A DNA stretch of 64,000 nt. Source: Carcharhinus amblyrhynchos. Its lineage: Eukaryota. This document shows, piece after piece, positions 12,348 to 25,044 of the stretch. A model generated the notes under the pieces. That model ran no database searches. It worked only from the letters and a program-made list of their open reading frames with translations, and had not been told where the DNA came from. The stretch is taken from assembly GCA_965287045.1 (NCBI GenBank), contig OZ336885.1:63302001-63366000 (forward strand), given 5' to 3'. Numbering within the stretch: the first letter of the stretch is position 1; each line of letters opens with the position of its first letter. Made by a program: the position numbers and the translations under genes.

Positions 12348-14226
12348 CTGTGCTTGTGTAAAAATAGTGCCAATTTACAGAATTAAAACTTTTTTTTTCA
12401 GAAATGCAATAAAATGTGATTTAATGTGGCGAACACTTGTTTGTGCTGTACTCCTTCTACGCTTGTCGAGAACGTTTCTCTGTCATTTTCCACGCTTGAT
12501 GTAAAGAGCAGCTTCATTCTCTAGGATATTGCACGAAAGACGAAGCTCAGTTGCAAATGATCCTTGATTTTGTTCTTACAACATTTTTGCTCGTGGAAGA
12601 ACTACTTCTAATCACTTTAGGCGTGTCCATACAAGTGTATCGATAGATGAGTGTTTTCTCATCGAAGAAAAATGCATTCAAAATGTAATGACGTCGAATG
12701 CCGCATCTCTTGATCTGTCACAGAAGAATACTCAATATGAACTCACAAAACTAGGACTGTGCTAAAATCTAGCCGTGTCACTTGCGCGTTCAGATAAAGC
12801 AATTCGGGGGCTGAGGTCTGAACTATCCCTCGATATTCCATCCCCATTTAGTGCCATCTTGGACAATCTTACCTTCAATCTAACAGATGGTTCAGTGCAT
12901 CATTGGATTATTTCAATGAGAAAAAGCGTGTTTCCATTATGCTTATGAATACCGAATAATAAGGGGATTAGCAAAATCAGTTAACATGCTCACACCCTGA
13001 GAATTAGATAATTTCGTGGCAACACTAAATGATGGAGTAAATATCAATATAACAATTATTCCGATTTCTATTCCGGGATAGCTCTCATAATATTGTTTAT
13101 AATACTGTTCGCTTTACCGATTTCAAAGCAAGGTGCCTGCGTATGAAATTAAAAGCGACATGCACAATTCGAGGTGCACTCAAAAATACTTCACACACAA
13201 ATGCCAAAAACATGTCCTGGCGCCGCCACAGGTAGAAATTAAATCGTAAATGGACACAAGAACCGATTCCTCCGCAGTGGGCTCAGTTGAAAGAATAAAA
13301 TGAATGTCCAGGATGACACAGTTTAATTTGAAGAACTGACATCAACCGAGACCCAGACGAGGAACGAATTATGCGAATGGAAAAGCGAGGGCGTCCGTTC
13401 TTTATACATAGTCCTGACGAACTTCTGCCATCTGGAAAGATTACATTCCATGTGACATGTTGCGAATGCAACCCAGGACTTTAACACAGCAAACGTGGTA
13501 GTGGAAATGTGTTTAATATCGCAAATGCTTCGGGGAGGGGGGAGGGGGCATTTCCTAGTGACATTGTTAACATATTTTGGCTGACCACTTGCTTTAACAT
13601 GTTATGTGTCACGTGCATGTATGACTGAACATAAGAATGTTGTTTTTTCGTGCATTTTGTTATATTTTTCACATTGGCCCCCATTTTTCTTCGGAGTTGT
13701 CAGGACTAATTGCTAATCCATGCAATTCCAATCCATTGCTCTGCATTTCACGAAGTTTCAAACGTTTGGAGCTGCACAGATCGAAACATGTGCATTGCCG
13801 GCCATCACACTCCTAATGCGTGCCTTCGAGGTGACACACATATATTTGGAATTCAGATGTTAGTTCATCACTACAGTATTCTGAAATTGTAAATGCTGTT
13901 TAACCACAGATTTTTTTTATAACCTCCGTGTAGGTAAATGCCTGTTCCATGCTCTCACATAGCTAGCGGTCAGTAACAAATTTGATGGCGACGAGACTCC
14001 TAGTTCGTAGGGAGGGTGGGAAGAGTGGCTGCTGAAAGGATATTGTTCATGCGGAAAATATGAGATTGCAGCAGAAGTTCATTCAGTCTTTCCAGCAGTT
14101 GTCAGCATTAAACCCTATCAGGTAAAGCCTATTGGGTTCTGTTCCATTTTCGCAATCCACTTCTAATTATATTTGACCAGCTTGCCTCACAGTAATATAT
14201 CTTCATTTACTTTGATGGATTTGCAC

Positions 14227-14385
14227 ACATGTGGAAACAAATTGAATTATTCGTGACAAGCAACGTGGTTTTGTGAAAGGGATATCATGTATCACGAATA
14301 TGATTTTTTTTCGAGGAACTGAAGAAGGTGTTAGATGAGGATAAGGCAGTGGATGTTGTGTGAACTTCAATAAAGCGATTGGCCA
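14227..14385 (+). mobile_element. CR1 RT fragment; inverted copy of 15184-15342
   Basis: Decayed GFVKG..C and AVDVV motifs. Confidence 0.8.
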
Positions 14386-14489
14386 TTAAAGAGAATTGGA
14401 AACCATCTGGGGTGGAAATCTAAATGAAGTCTGCACACGTTTCCTTACCTGTACTTGTGAATAATAAATACACTTCAGAAAATAAAATT

Positions 14490-16900
14490 CACCCTGCACT
14501 CCAAACAGCATCCTGGCACAACTCTTCTGTATTCTTTGCCAATCATCGATGTCCATCTGGTAGAGTGGTGACCAAAATTTCACACAATATTCTAAATGAG
14601 GCCGAACTAAGGTTCTGTCCAGTTGCAGCACGACCTGCCAATTTTTATACTCAATGCCCCGGACCAATGACGGCAGGCATACTGTAGTCTTTTTTGTCTA
14701 ACGTCTACACCTGTGTGGCCACTTTCAGTGATCTTTGGATGGATATGGCCAGATAGCTATGACTGTGAATACTCGAAAAGCTTCTACTATTTACTGTATA
14801 ATTTCTATTGTTTTGCATCTTCCAAAATACATTATCCGTCTGTTATCCGTCTTAACCTCCATGTGTCATTTTTCTTCCCAGGCCTCCAACCAATGCCATT
14901 TTTTCTCCTCTTCACTCCCTGCAATTCCACTAATTATCTGTTTCATGTGCGAACATGATGATCAGAGAAGCTGCATTTTTCTTCAAATCATTTACACGAC
15001 AGCACAGCTGCCGGCACTGATTTCTTTGGAATGCTACTAGTGAAAGCCTTCCATTCAAGAAAAAAAACACCGTTTTACACGACTTACTATCTCCTATGGA
15101 AAGTCAGTTCTCTATGCTTTTTGCCAGCATCATTCTGGTTCTGTGTGACTCCAAATTTCCGACTAGTCTACCATGTGATAACTTGCCAATGGCTTTACTG
15201 AAGTTCATACAGCATCCACTGGCTTACACTCATCGATCACCTTCTTCATTTTCACTAAAAGCTTGACCATATTCGTCAGGCATGACGTCCCTTTCACAAA
15301 CCATGTTGCTTGTCACGAATAATTCAATTTGTTTTTACATGTTAGTAAATCCTGCCTCTAGGAACGCCAATCTATGATTTCCTGGATCATTTTTGCTTCA
15401 CTTCTTAAACAATGGAACTACATTTGTTAACATTGGTGTCAACCGACCAGAACATAATCTGTAGCAATGGGAATATAACGATTTGTGTCAAGTGGCCAGC
15501 AATTTTCGTTCTTTCCTTCCTCAGTATTCTTGGTCAGACCCCATCAGGTCCTGGGGATTTACCTATTTTTTTTAAGACAAACAATGCCTCTTGCTTTTTA
15601 GCATCGATATAACCCAGGATGTCTACACACGTTTCCAAGCCACTCATCCATTAAGCCCCTCTGTTTGGTGAAAACTAAGGCAAAGTACTAATTTAGAATC
15701 ATGTACACTTCCTCTAGTTCTATGCATAGATTCATTTCCATATCCATGAGTGGACCAACGTTCGGCCTGAATATCCTTTTGTTCTTTACATACGTATAAA
15801 ATGCCTTCAGAGTTTCGTTAATCACGCTTTCCAAGAGCTTCCCATGATAACTTTTCGCCCTCCTAACTCTTTCCCTATTTTATTTCCTATGTTATTTGTG
15901 TTCCTCAAAAGCTTCATTTGCCCTAAACATTTTACAGCTGACGAATGCTTCATTGTTTTCAGCTGCAAGTCTCTCAATTTATCTTGGTAACCAGGGTTTC
16001 CGATATTTGCCACAGTTATCCTTCATTCTCGCAGGTACCTGCTGGTCCTGAAATCCAATCAACGGATACTTGACAGACCGCCACATGTCGGATGTTGGCT
16101 TATCCTCTAACAGTCTCCTCCAAACTACACTGTCCAAATAATGCCCAATGTTGTGGTTAGCTTTTCCCCAGCTTCACACCTTTGCCCATAGAGTATAGTT
16201 GTCCTTATCCACAAGAACCTTGGAACATATAGAATTGTGATCACTATGACAGAGTGTTTAGCACAGCTGCCTTACAGCGCTAATGACTTGGGTTCTATTC
16301 CCGTTTTGGGTCACTGTCTTTTTGTACTTTGCATGTTCTCCATGTGCCTGCCTGTGTTTACTCTGGGTGTTTATTTATTTATTTAATTATTTTTTTCCTT
16401 GTCTCACACAATCGAGACAGGTGCTGTTTCTGTGCATCGTCCATGTTAAATTCTACCTCCGTTTCCCGATCAGGGGCTAGATTTTGACGGCTAAGGGTTT
16501 GCAGCATTAATGTGAGCCTATTTTTGACTAATAAATAAGCATTTATTTTGTTCCTGAAATGCTCCCCAACTGGTACTTCGATCACATGGCTGCGCTCTTT
16601 CCACAATACTAGGTCTAATATGCTCCCTTTCTCCACTTGCACAATTCACATGCTGCTTTAAAAATAAAATCCTCCTGTACGGTCATTACTAATTCTGCCC
16701 GATCGAAGTCCCTGGCTGTAAGTAAGGCCTAGTCAACATAGAGAAAGTTGAAATCAAACACTACAACAGCTCTTTTTTTAATTCGTGTATCTTTCCAAAA
16801 TCTGTCGCTGTATCTGTCCCTCTATCACCCGTTGCTTGTTGTGGGGAGGGTTGGGGAGGAGTGTGGGAGTCTGTAATAAATTCCCGAAATTGTGACTGCA
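14490..16900 (-). mobile_element. Fragmented degenerate CR1 LINE ORF2
   Basis: ORF remnants RGIEYKNWQVVLQL..LVRPHLEYCV and ILDLVL..; PGPDG motif near 15550. Confidence 0.85.
16252..16375 (+). mobile_element. 5' part of an HE1-like SINE inserted in the CR1
   Basis: ttagcacagctgccttacagcgc...gggttctattccc...gggtcactgtc...tttgcatgttctcc. Confidence 0.8.
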
Positions 16901-18112
16901 CACTTTCTGTTCTTGAGCTCTGCCTATTTTGTCTCGCTGCCTGAAACATCCAAGCTGTCTTTCATCAGTGCAGCTTGATATCTTGCTTCAGCAGCAACTA
17001 TTCCAACACATTTTCCACCCCCTTTTATCCTGCCGGAACCATCTGAACCCTGGACTGTTTAGCTGCCAATCTTGTCCCTTTATCAAGGGCAAAAAATATC
17101 TTAGTACCCACGAATCAGTATCAACTTATCTGAATCATCCCTGCTTATCTTATTTTTATTATGCTTTGTCATTCAAATGTGCGTAAGTGAAGTGAATCTC
17201 TTTGTATCTCTTTTTGCCGTTATAATTACTAAATGGAACTCTTGATACGTTTAACGTGGTTCTGCTTCAAACCAATTTCCTCTTATCACGTCAAGCCACT
17301 GAGGTCGATGGTGAGTGGCGTTTACACGAGTTTAGAGTAGCCGGCAGCATTACTTACTCAAACACCATTTGTATGCCCAGAATATGCAGGGGTGGTTCCA
17401 GCTCGCAAATTGCAAATGCATATCCGGCTCAAACATTGATCTGTGAGAGTGCATATTTCCATTAAACATATTTTCAAAGTTAATTATGATGAGAAAAAAA
17501 TGGGTGCCTTGTTTAATAACATTCTTCGAACGAGACAAAAAAAAACAGAATTAGATGGTCCAGATGTCACATGAAAGGGTCCATAATTTCATTATGGACA
17601 CAGTTTATGAAAATACTCGAGAATACATATTTCATTGAGAAGGCAGAAATGAAAAGCTTCGAACTTCATATTTATTTGTAAACCCTGAAAACAATTGTTT
17701 TTTTTTCCAAGACACTTCACATGTTTTATCACAAAAAGTGATAAATTTAAAGTAAAGAATATAACTAATTATCTCAAGATGAAGATTTTGGGACTAAGTA
17801 AGCACGATGATTCCGTCTGCACATTAAGTTTTAGTCAAGAAGAAACTCGACACTATCACAAAACTAAGTCTTTGTCTTTCACCTTCTACAAACCCTCGTT
17901 ATTGACCAACTTCTTGTTACCGCCACTGAATTTACATTACCAGAATAATTTGCAATCATTTACGAAGAAATATCGCCAAAGATATCTGAGGCAAAATACG
18001 TGCAAAACAGGCGATTAATACATAGATTTGCATGGAAGACTAAAAACAGCGAATTAGCATAATTGGTTTCAAGTAAATGAACAGAATGGAAAACAGAGAA
18101 ACGCCATGTTAC

Positions 18113-18139
18113 CTTTCTGTTGCTGTCGCATTTTTACTT
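18113..18139 (-). CDS. 27-nt phase-1 microexon, EVKMRQQQK
   Basis: Minus strand: ctcatctcaattttttcccccag|AAGTAAAAATGCGACAGCAACAGAAAG|gtaaca. Very strong acceptor. Confidence 0.75.
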
Positions 18140-18414
18140 CTGGGGGAAAAAATTGAGATGAGGCCTTGTTCAAGGCAGAAAAGCAATGGAACACGTGGCG
18201 TTTTATTCTGACAATGCAGTGTTGCATTTTAAATTTCACGTTCTGCTATGTTATGCATGCGTTGTTTAAAAAAGTAAATCTAAAAGTACGTATTTTTGTA
18301 CATTCTATCGCATGAAATGACAATAAATGGGATGGAGAGTGTGGTCCTCGTACAAAAACAAACACGTTTCATGGACAGATGCATACATAATAGAACTACG
18401 ACTAACGGTGCTGC

Positions 18415-18490
18415 TGATAATAATAATTAATAAAGGCCATCACCATCATCCATCGTCATCATCGTTACCATCATCATTACGAATATCAAC
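18415..18490. repeat. (TAA)/(CAT)n degenerate microsatellite
   Basis: Tandem trinucleotides. Confidence 0.75.
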
Positions 18491-19154
18491 ATCATATGGT
18501 GACATTATCTCATTACAATTAAATTAGCGGAATCAAGGTAATGTTAATAGATGATCTGATTAAGCAAATGAAAATGTTGCATAATGCATGTTAGTCATTG
18601 TTATACCCTTCAACTAGAGTAACAACATTTGAAGTAGGAAGAGCTGAACAGCGAGTTCCATGGATAAACATTGTTTCATACGGTCACATTACTTACACTA
18701 TCATCTGGACACAGGTCAATTCCTACACGCAGTCCGATTTAAGGGTTATATAGGGTGATGCTGCAGAGGGCAAAATTGTATGTTTCAAAATTTTCTAACG
18801 GATCGGTTGTAAATTGGCCAGAAAATATGCTGGATAATTGAGAGATGTATTGCTGCCATGTTTGTTGAAACAAAAAAAAGCTTTTATTTGAAGTCAGTTT
18901 GCATGACGATGTGGAACAGCCACAGGAATTAAACTTGGTTAAACAAACATATTGTGGTTGGAATAATAAACATCTCTGCTTAAGGTAGGAATGATGCACC
19001 ATACAGGGCACGTCAATGATACGGTTACAAAATGGTGGGAAGTGGCATACCATGACACAGATTTCTACATTATTTCTGTCTTTCTTTTCATACAATGGAT
19101 GGGATAATGCATCATAACTTTAGAAATAACAAAATCATATTATGCCGTTTTTTG

Positions 19155-19710
19155 TTTCTATTCTTTCGTGGGACATGGACATCGCTGGCTGGTCAGCAAT
19201 TATTGCCCATCCCTATTTGCCCTTGGGAACTTGGCGGTGAACTGGCGTCTTGAATTGCTGCACACAGTGTTGTGACATCATGTCAGTTGACGCACACACC
19301 ATTACGGAAGGGATTACAGGATTTTGACCCAGCAGCTTTGAAGCAACGACGACATATATCCAACAAAGATGTTGAATTGCTTATAGCAAGACTTGCAGCT
19401 GGTGATGGTCCCATACATCTATTGTCCTTGTCCTTCAAACTGGAGGTGCTCATTGTTTTGGAAGGTGCTGTCTAAGGATCTTTGGTGTATTGTTTCACTG
19501 CATCAAAGATAATATACACTTCTGCTACTGAGAGTCGGTGGTGGAGGCTGCAGTGCTTGCGGAGATGGTGTAATCAAGAGGGCTACTTTGTCTTGGATAG
19601 TATCAAGTTTCTTGATTTTTTTTTGGAGTTGCGCCCATCATATTCCTGACTTGTGCCTTGTAGATGGTAGATAGGCTTTGTGGATTCTGAAGGTGTTATT
19701 TGCTGCTGTA
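19155..19710 (-). mobile_element. 3' fragment of the same non-CR1 LINE family as 47930-51005
   Basis: Shared tail gctggctggtcagcaattattgcccatccctatttgccc and colinear similarity to about 47940-48500. Confidence 0.8.
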
Positions 19711-20689
19711 GTTGTTTACATGATAGTGTGTTATCAGTTTAAGACGTTTTAGTGCAGGCAAAGAATCAGCAGCTCTTCGAGGCAATTACGTAGGTACTTC
19801 GGGGGAACATCCATTGAATCGAAAAGGGTTTAGGGTCATAAATAATACAAGGCTACCCATCAATGCATTTTAGACATTTTGTCAAATCCAAATTCAATCC
19901 AATAATTCGAACATAGAAACTGAAGCATTTTCTTTGACATTTGCTACCATAATATTCCATTCATATATTGTTGCTAACCAATTTGTGTTGGAAACTGTGA
20001 AATGACAATGTATTTTTTCTTTAACCGCTCTGAATGTCAAATAACGCAATTAAAATAATACATCGTGAATTCCACTTTCTATCCAAAGTTAATGAAAAAA
20101 AATGCATTCTCTCTGGGCAATGAACACGTAAGCAAATCAAAACAAAAAGTTTTTTTTTCAAGTTTTCAAAGATGATGGTTAGATACCAACGAACTACAAA
20201 TAATAAATGGTTCAAGATTGCATTTTGGTGCATACAAATTCAGGAGCAATTTATTAACTGTGTCCGTTGGCATTGTGCAAAATATATTGAAGGGCTAGAC
20301 TTAGCCATACAGATGAGGCATGCAACCAAAAATATACTTCATTTTGGAAAAGAGGTGCATTACTCAGAAATCAACTACGATATTACGAATTTAGTGAGAA
20401 ACATCAGTGTCGCAAAGTTCACAAGTCAAGACGTAATCATAAATAAGGAATGTCTCCGTGATCCCAACAAGTATTACACTTATTCACAAGCGTTGCCGCC
20501 AACTTCTGCAAAATAATTGATCGTATTTCCAAATTTGGAATGATGAGAAAACTGAATGATACCTTCTATAATATTCATTAATGCGCTGCAGTTGTTTTTG
20601 GCAATGGACATATGAATGGCTTTTGGTACTGTGTTTCAGTAACGTCAGATCCAAAAGTTGTGGCTACATGTGATTCAGGGGAGCAAACT

Positions 20690-21665
20690 CGATTGATTGA
20701 GAAGCGTCGGACTGAAGGAAGAATAAATGGGTGGTTCTCTGGCTGACGCAATGCAACTAGTGGTGTGTCACAGTTTTTAGTCCTCGGACCGCAACAATTT
20801 GCAATCCAGAAGCATGTTATTCAAATAGGGACAGATTGTGACATAGCAACATTCGTGGCTGATCGTAACACACATGGGAAAAGAGGGAGAAATGATGTTT
20901 ATCTGCCTGACAGAGATTTTTCTTCGGTATGGGCCAGATGATGGATGAGTCTATCCGTTTGGGTAGAAATAAAAAAAAGAAAAGACAATTTCTTCTCTAA
21001 ATGGAAGTATCATTTAAAATGCCTCTGCACAGCCGAATTTGTGTTTCTTTGCTCATAAACCGCAGAAATTTGGAATGCAGATTCATGTTATGTATACATA
21101 TACATTTATTTGTAAGTGGAATGTTGGAAATTATTGTGATATGACTGGAGAATAAAAGTAGAAAAGTGTTGTTATGACTGCATGGCACATTGGCGAAACT
21201 ACATCTGGAATATTGTGCCAAGTTTCGCTAAAAAAAATTAACCAAGGTTGTGATGGCATTGAACGCAATTCAAACCAGTGTGAGCAGACTCCTGCCTGTC
21301 TTGAAAGAATTGGGATATAAGGAGAGATTAAACCTTTTGACTTGGAGGATGAGAGCAGACCTGATCGTGGTAGAAACATTTTCAGAAGGAGTTGCTAGAA
21401 TGAACAATTAACGAATATTACATTTTATGAATAAATCTTCAGAAAGGGAGTCACAGTACAGTCTCAGAGATGGCAGATTTAAAACTGAGATGAGAAGGAT
21501 CAACATATTACAGAAGGTTGCGAATCTGTGAACTCGCTGCCTCATATTTTAGAGAAGTCTGAATCACTGAAACGTTTAAAAAGGAGACAGGTATATTTCT
21601 AACAAAAAAAATGATTTAAACAGGTGAAATAGGCAGGGGGTTTGGTTTGAGAACAGGGTGGTATC
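20690..21665 (+). mobile_element. Old degenerate CR1 3' half
   Basis: ataaatgggtggttctctggctga...actagtggtgtgtcacag (SGVPQG-like), HLEYC, FKTEMRR. Confidence 0.8.
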
Positions 21666-21790
21666 AGATGTCATTTGACTGCACGGAAAACCGGTTAAAA
21701 ATCGCACATCCGCATACATATTTTCCTATGATCCTATCACAGCACTCAAACTGAAACATCCCTTTATTGCACTGACAATTTCAATTTTTG

Positions 21791-21875
21791 CCCCCACCCC
21801 CCCCCCCCCGCCCCGCAACACACACACAGACACACACACAGACACACACACACACACACCGCACACACATGCACA
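21791..21875. repeat. Poly-C plus (CA)n tract
   Basis: Seen directly in the sequence. Confidence 0.9.
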
Positions 21876-22860
21876 CCACCCTCCTTCTCGGGCGTGATGA
21901 ATGAGTGCAATAAGCAGATTGATTCTTATTTGCATAATACACCATATCAGGAAATCGATCACAAAATACTGGCACAGGTTTTTGCCTCCCGCTAAAACTG
22001 GTATGGCAAATATGGTTTTCTTTACGAATAATTCCACTTCAACTACTTTGCCAATTATGCATTGTATCATGTAAAATTTAGCAGTGAAGTCCTGAGACAT
22101 CGTTGAAGAACAATCACTTATAAAAGTTTGTTTTTCGCAGTCACAAAATTACATGTTTGTGTTTACATAAAATCGTTAGGTTGTCGAATCATTCTATATG
22201 CAAAGGTCACAATATTGAATTGGGACAATTTGCACTAAACAAAATCAAGTGATTAATTTGACCAATCAGCTGAATACCGGCCTGCAAATTGCATTCAGAA
22301 ATGAAAAAAAAACAACCACGAAGTGGAAATTTGTGAAATCATAAGTAAGACAATTAGAAGGCAGATTCCTCTAATGGTATGCAGACTATCATGCTACATC
22401 AGTTATAATGCATAACAACATGCACAGCCCTGTCAAAAAAAAATCTGAACTTACACTTTCTGATTCAACGAAATATTTATGCTTAGGACGTTTCTGGTAA
22501 ATTCACAGGATAATGGGGACAGGAATAGCCAACCAGACCCTTCAGACTTTCCTGCCAATCAGGGGTATTGTGTTTGGTATGTGCCTTAAATGCATACAGC
22601 AATCTTTGAATTCTGTCCATTCCTACCTTTGCTGAACAGAAACAAAAATGATGAATTTAAAAATACCATCTGAACTCAAATGCATAACAACATGTACAAG
22701 ACAAGCCCAGATCGCTGCATATCACCCTTTGGTGCAGAATTCATTCCTTCTGTCTCTTTTGAAGCGTCTGGCCTTATTTCCTTAACCCCATACCCCTCCA
22801 GTTTACAATCTTCGCCCAGTGGATATAAATTACCATTTTAACTCAGCCATTCCTGTTATT

Positions 22861-23453
22861 ACATAAGAACGTAAGAAGATAAGAAATAGGAGCCGGAGTA
22901 GGCCATCTAGCCCTGCGAGCCTGCCCCGCCATTCAATAAGATCATTGCTGATCTGTCGTATTTCAGTTCCACATTTCCGCCCTCTCCCCATAACCCTTAA
23001 TCCCCTTGCCTATCAAAAACCTATCAACCCGCGTCTTAAAAATATTTAGCGAGGCAGCCTCCACCACTTCAACGGGCAGAGAATTCCAGAGATTCACCAC
23101 CCTTTGAGTGAAGAAGTTCCTCCTCAACTCCGTTCTAAACCGCTCCCCCCCCCACCCCCACTTTATCTTGAGGCTGTGCCCTCTAGTCCTACTGTCCTTT
23201 CCGAACGGGAAGAGCCTCTCCATCTGTATCCTACCCATCCCATTCATCATCTTATATGTCTCAATGCGATCTCCCCTCATTCTTCTAAACTCTAACGAGT
23301 ACAAGCCGAGTTTATTCAGCCTCTCCTCATAGTTCAACCCCCTCAACTCCGGTATCGGCCTAGTAAACCTCCTCTGCACTCCGTCCAAGGCCAAAATATC
23401 CTTGCGTAAGTGCTGCGACCAAAACTGCACACAGTACTCCAGCTGCGGCCTCT
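22861..23453 (-). mobile_element. Young 5'-truncated CR1 LINE 3' end
   Basis: Open ORF2 C-terminus RPQLEYCVQFWS...RMRGD.IETYK...FTQRVVNLWNSLP and an 8-mer (TTCTTATG)n-type tail. Closely similar to 55217-55810. Confidence 0.95.
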
Positions 23454-23749
23454 CAGAAACTTCCACCAACGCCACTCTCGACTTCCTAAATGCGGCATAG
23501 AACATGTATAACTTCTGTAATCTGCCCTCCAATGTCCAAAACAGTCCAGTGAACTTGCGTAGATTTCAACGCAAGGGCAATGTAAGCTTTCAATCATTCT
23601 TCCCGGATGTGTTTATAGCAATCTAAATGGGGTTTAACAGATGTGTTGTTTTTTTTTTCAAAATGCAGCAGAACATCTTGATCCTTAAATGCAGATATGA
23701 AGGCCACTCTTTTTTTTTGCTCACTTTAGTGATTTCCGACCTCGTAATG

Positions 23750-24065
23750 CCGTAGATTACATTGCTCCTGCATATTGCAAATGGCTGACTTCCATTCTGA
23801 CGTTGAGTCACTCTGCTTTGAGTTTGCATGTTCTTCACGAACGTTTTCTCAGAGTGTTCTGCTTTTATCCTAAAATGGACAGATCAATCTAAATGTAATT
23901 TTAGTCTCCAGAGTTATGCAAGTTGTATGGATTAGCAATGAAAACTGCCTGGAATTTTTTGGATAGGGCTGAAGGGAGGACACGGACGGCATAGTCTTGA
24001 AGAGTGTTGTGGACTACTCAAAGAGCTGAATAGTTTCATGCAACACTGCAGGGATTGTGTGGTTC
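23750..24065 (+). mobile_element. Decayed HE1-like SINE
   Basis: gagtcactctgctttgagtttgcatgttct core and tail cactgcagggattgtgtggttcc. Confidence 0.7.
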
Positions 24066-24721
24066 CATGTGTCTACATTTTGCTCTACATTTACATTGCA
24101 TGCTAAAGTTTTAAACCCCTCATCACGCAATACTCTTTGGTCAGCTAATGCATTGCAATTCAGAATATCTTATTTTGTCTTTATTTTAGTTATGTCCTTG
24201 GTAGGAGACGTATAGATTACATTTCCCTGAAAATTAAACATGACGTGATAAAAAAGTTTGTGTAAAGCATTTTCTGAACGGTATATTGCACGCTTATTTA
24301 CATTTACAGCTTCTACAACAATATACTCGCACTCCAACGTAGGTAGAAAGTGCAGATTTGTTTGTTATTATATCAGCTGCAAAAGGGAATTGTGAATGTT
24401 GATTTGATAGTCATTAGCACGATTGTTAGGGAGGTTAACGAGAGTAGAGAGTTGAACTCGTTTTGCTGATTGTTTCTGGGATGTGGGTCAAACATTGGAG
24501 AGATGGACGTTTTGTCAATTGGAAATGAAAAACAATTCAGCATGCGGAGATTGGTCTCAATTTGAAAATATCTTCAGGAACAGAACAATTGTTGATATGC
24601 AATGCCGTCATAAATAATTAGGTCGTATGCTACCGCTCGCCCACTGAATGACAACTTATACGCGAGGGTTTTCTTCACTGACATATCGTTTTCCGAACGT
24701 GATAATTCATAGTCTCCTCAC

Positions 24722-24757
24722 CTGAATCGTTTAGTTCTTTATTCAAAGCTGCTATTT
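24722..24757 (-). CDS. 36-nt phase-1 microexon, EIAALNKELNDS (in-frame 30- and 27-nt alternatives)
   Basis: Minus strand: ctttatttattcatcacag|AAATAGCAGCTTTGAATAAAGAACTAAACGATTCAG|gtgagg. Only phase 1 is stop-free. Confidence 0.65.
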
Positions 24758-25044
24758 CTGTGATGAATAAATAAAGTGTTTTGCTCTTCTGTGAAACTGA
24801 ATAACAATAATTTGCGTCACGCCTCCACAAATTTACTCTGTAATTTTAAAGATGTCGCCATGACAGATGAGATACCTAAGTAGACTTCATGTTGGCAAGC
24901 CTTTGTGCACAAAAAAAGGAAAAATCCTGTCACATTCATATCAGAGATATAGAAATATGTTAGCATTAATTACTTACATGGGAACAGCAGTCCTGCCTTC
25001 AAATATAACGATGAGGACATGCTGGCGTTGGACTGGGTAAACAC

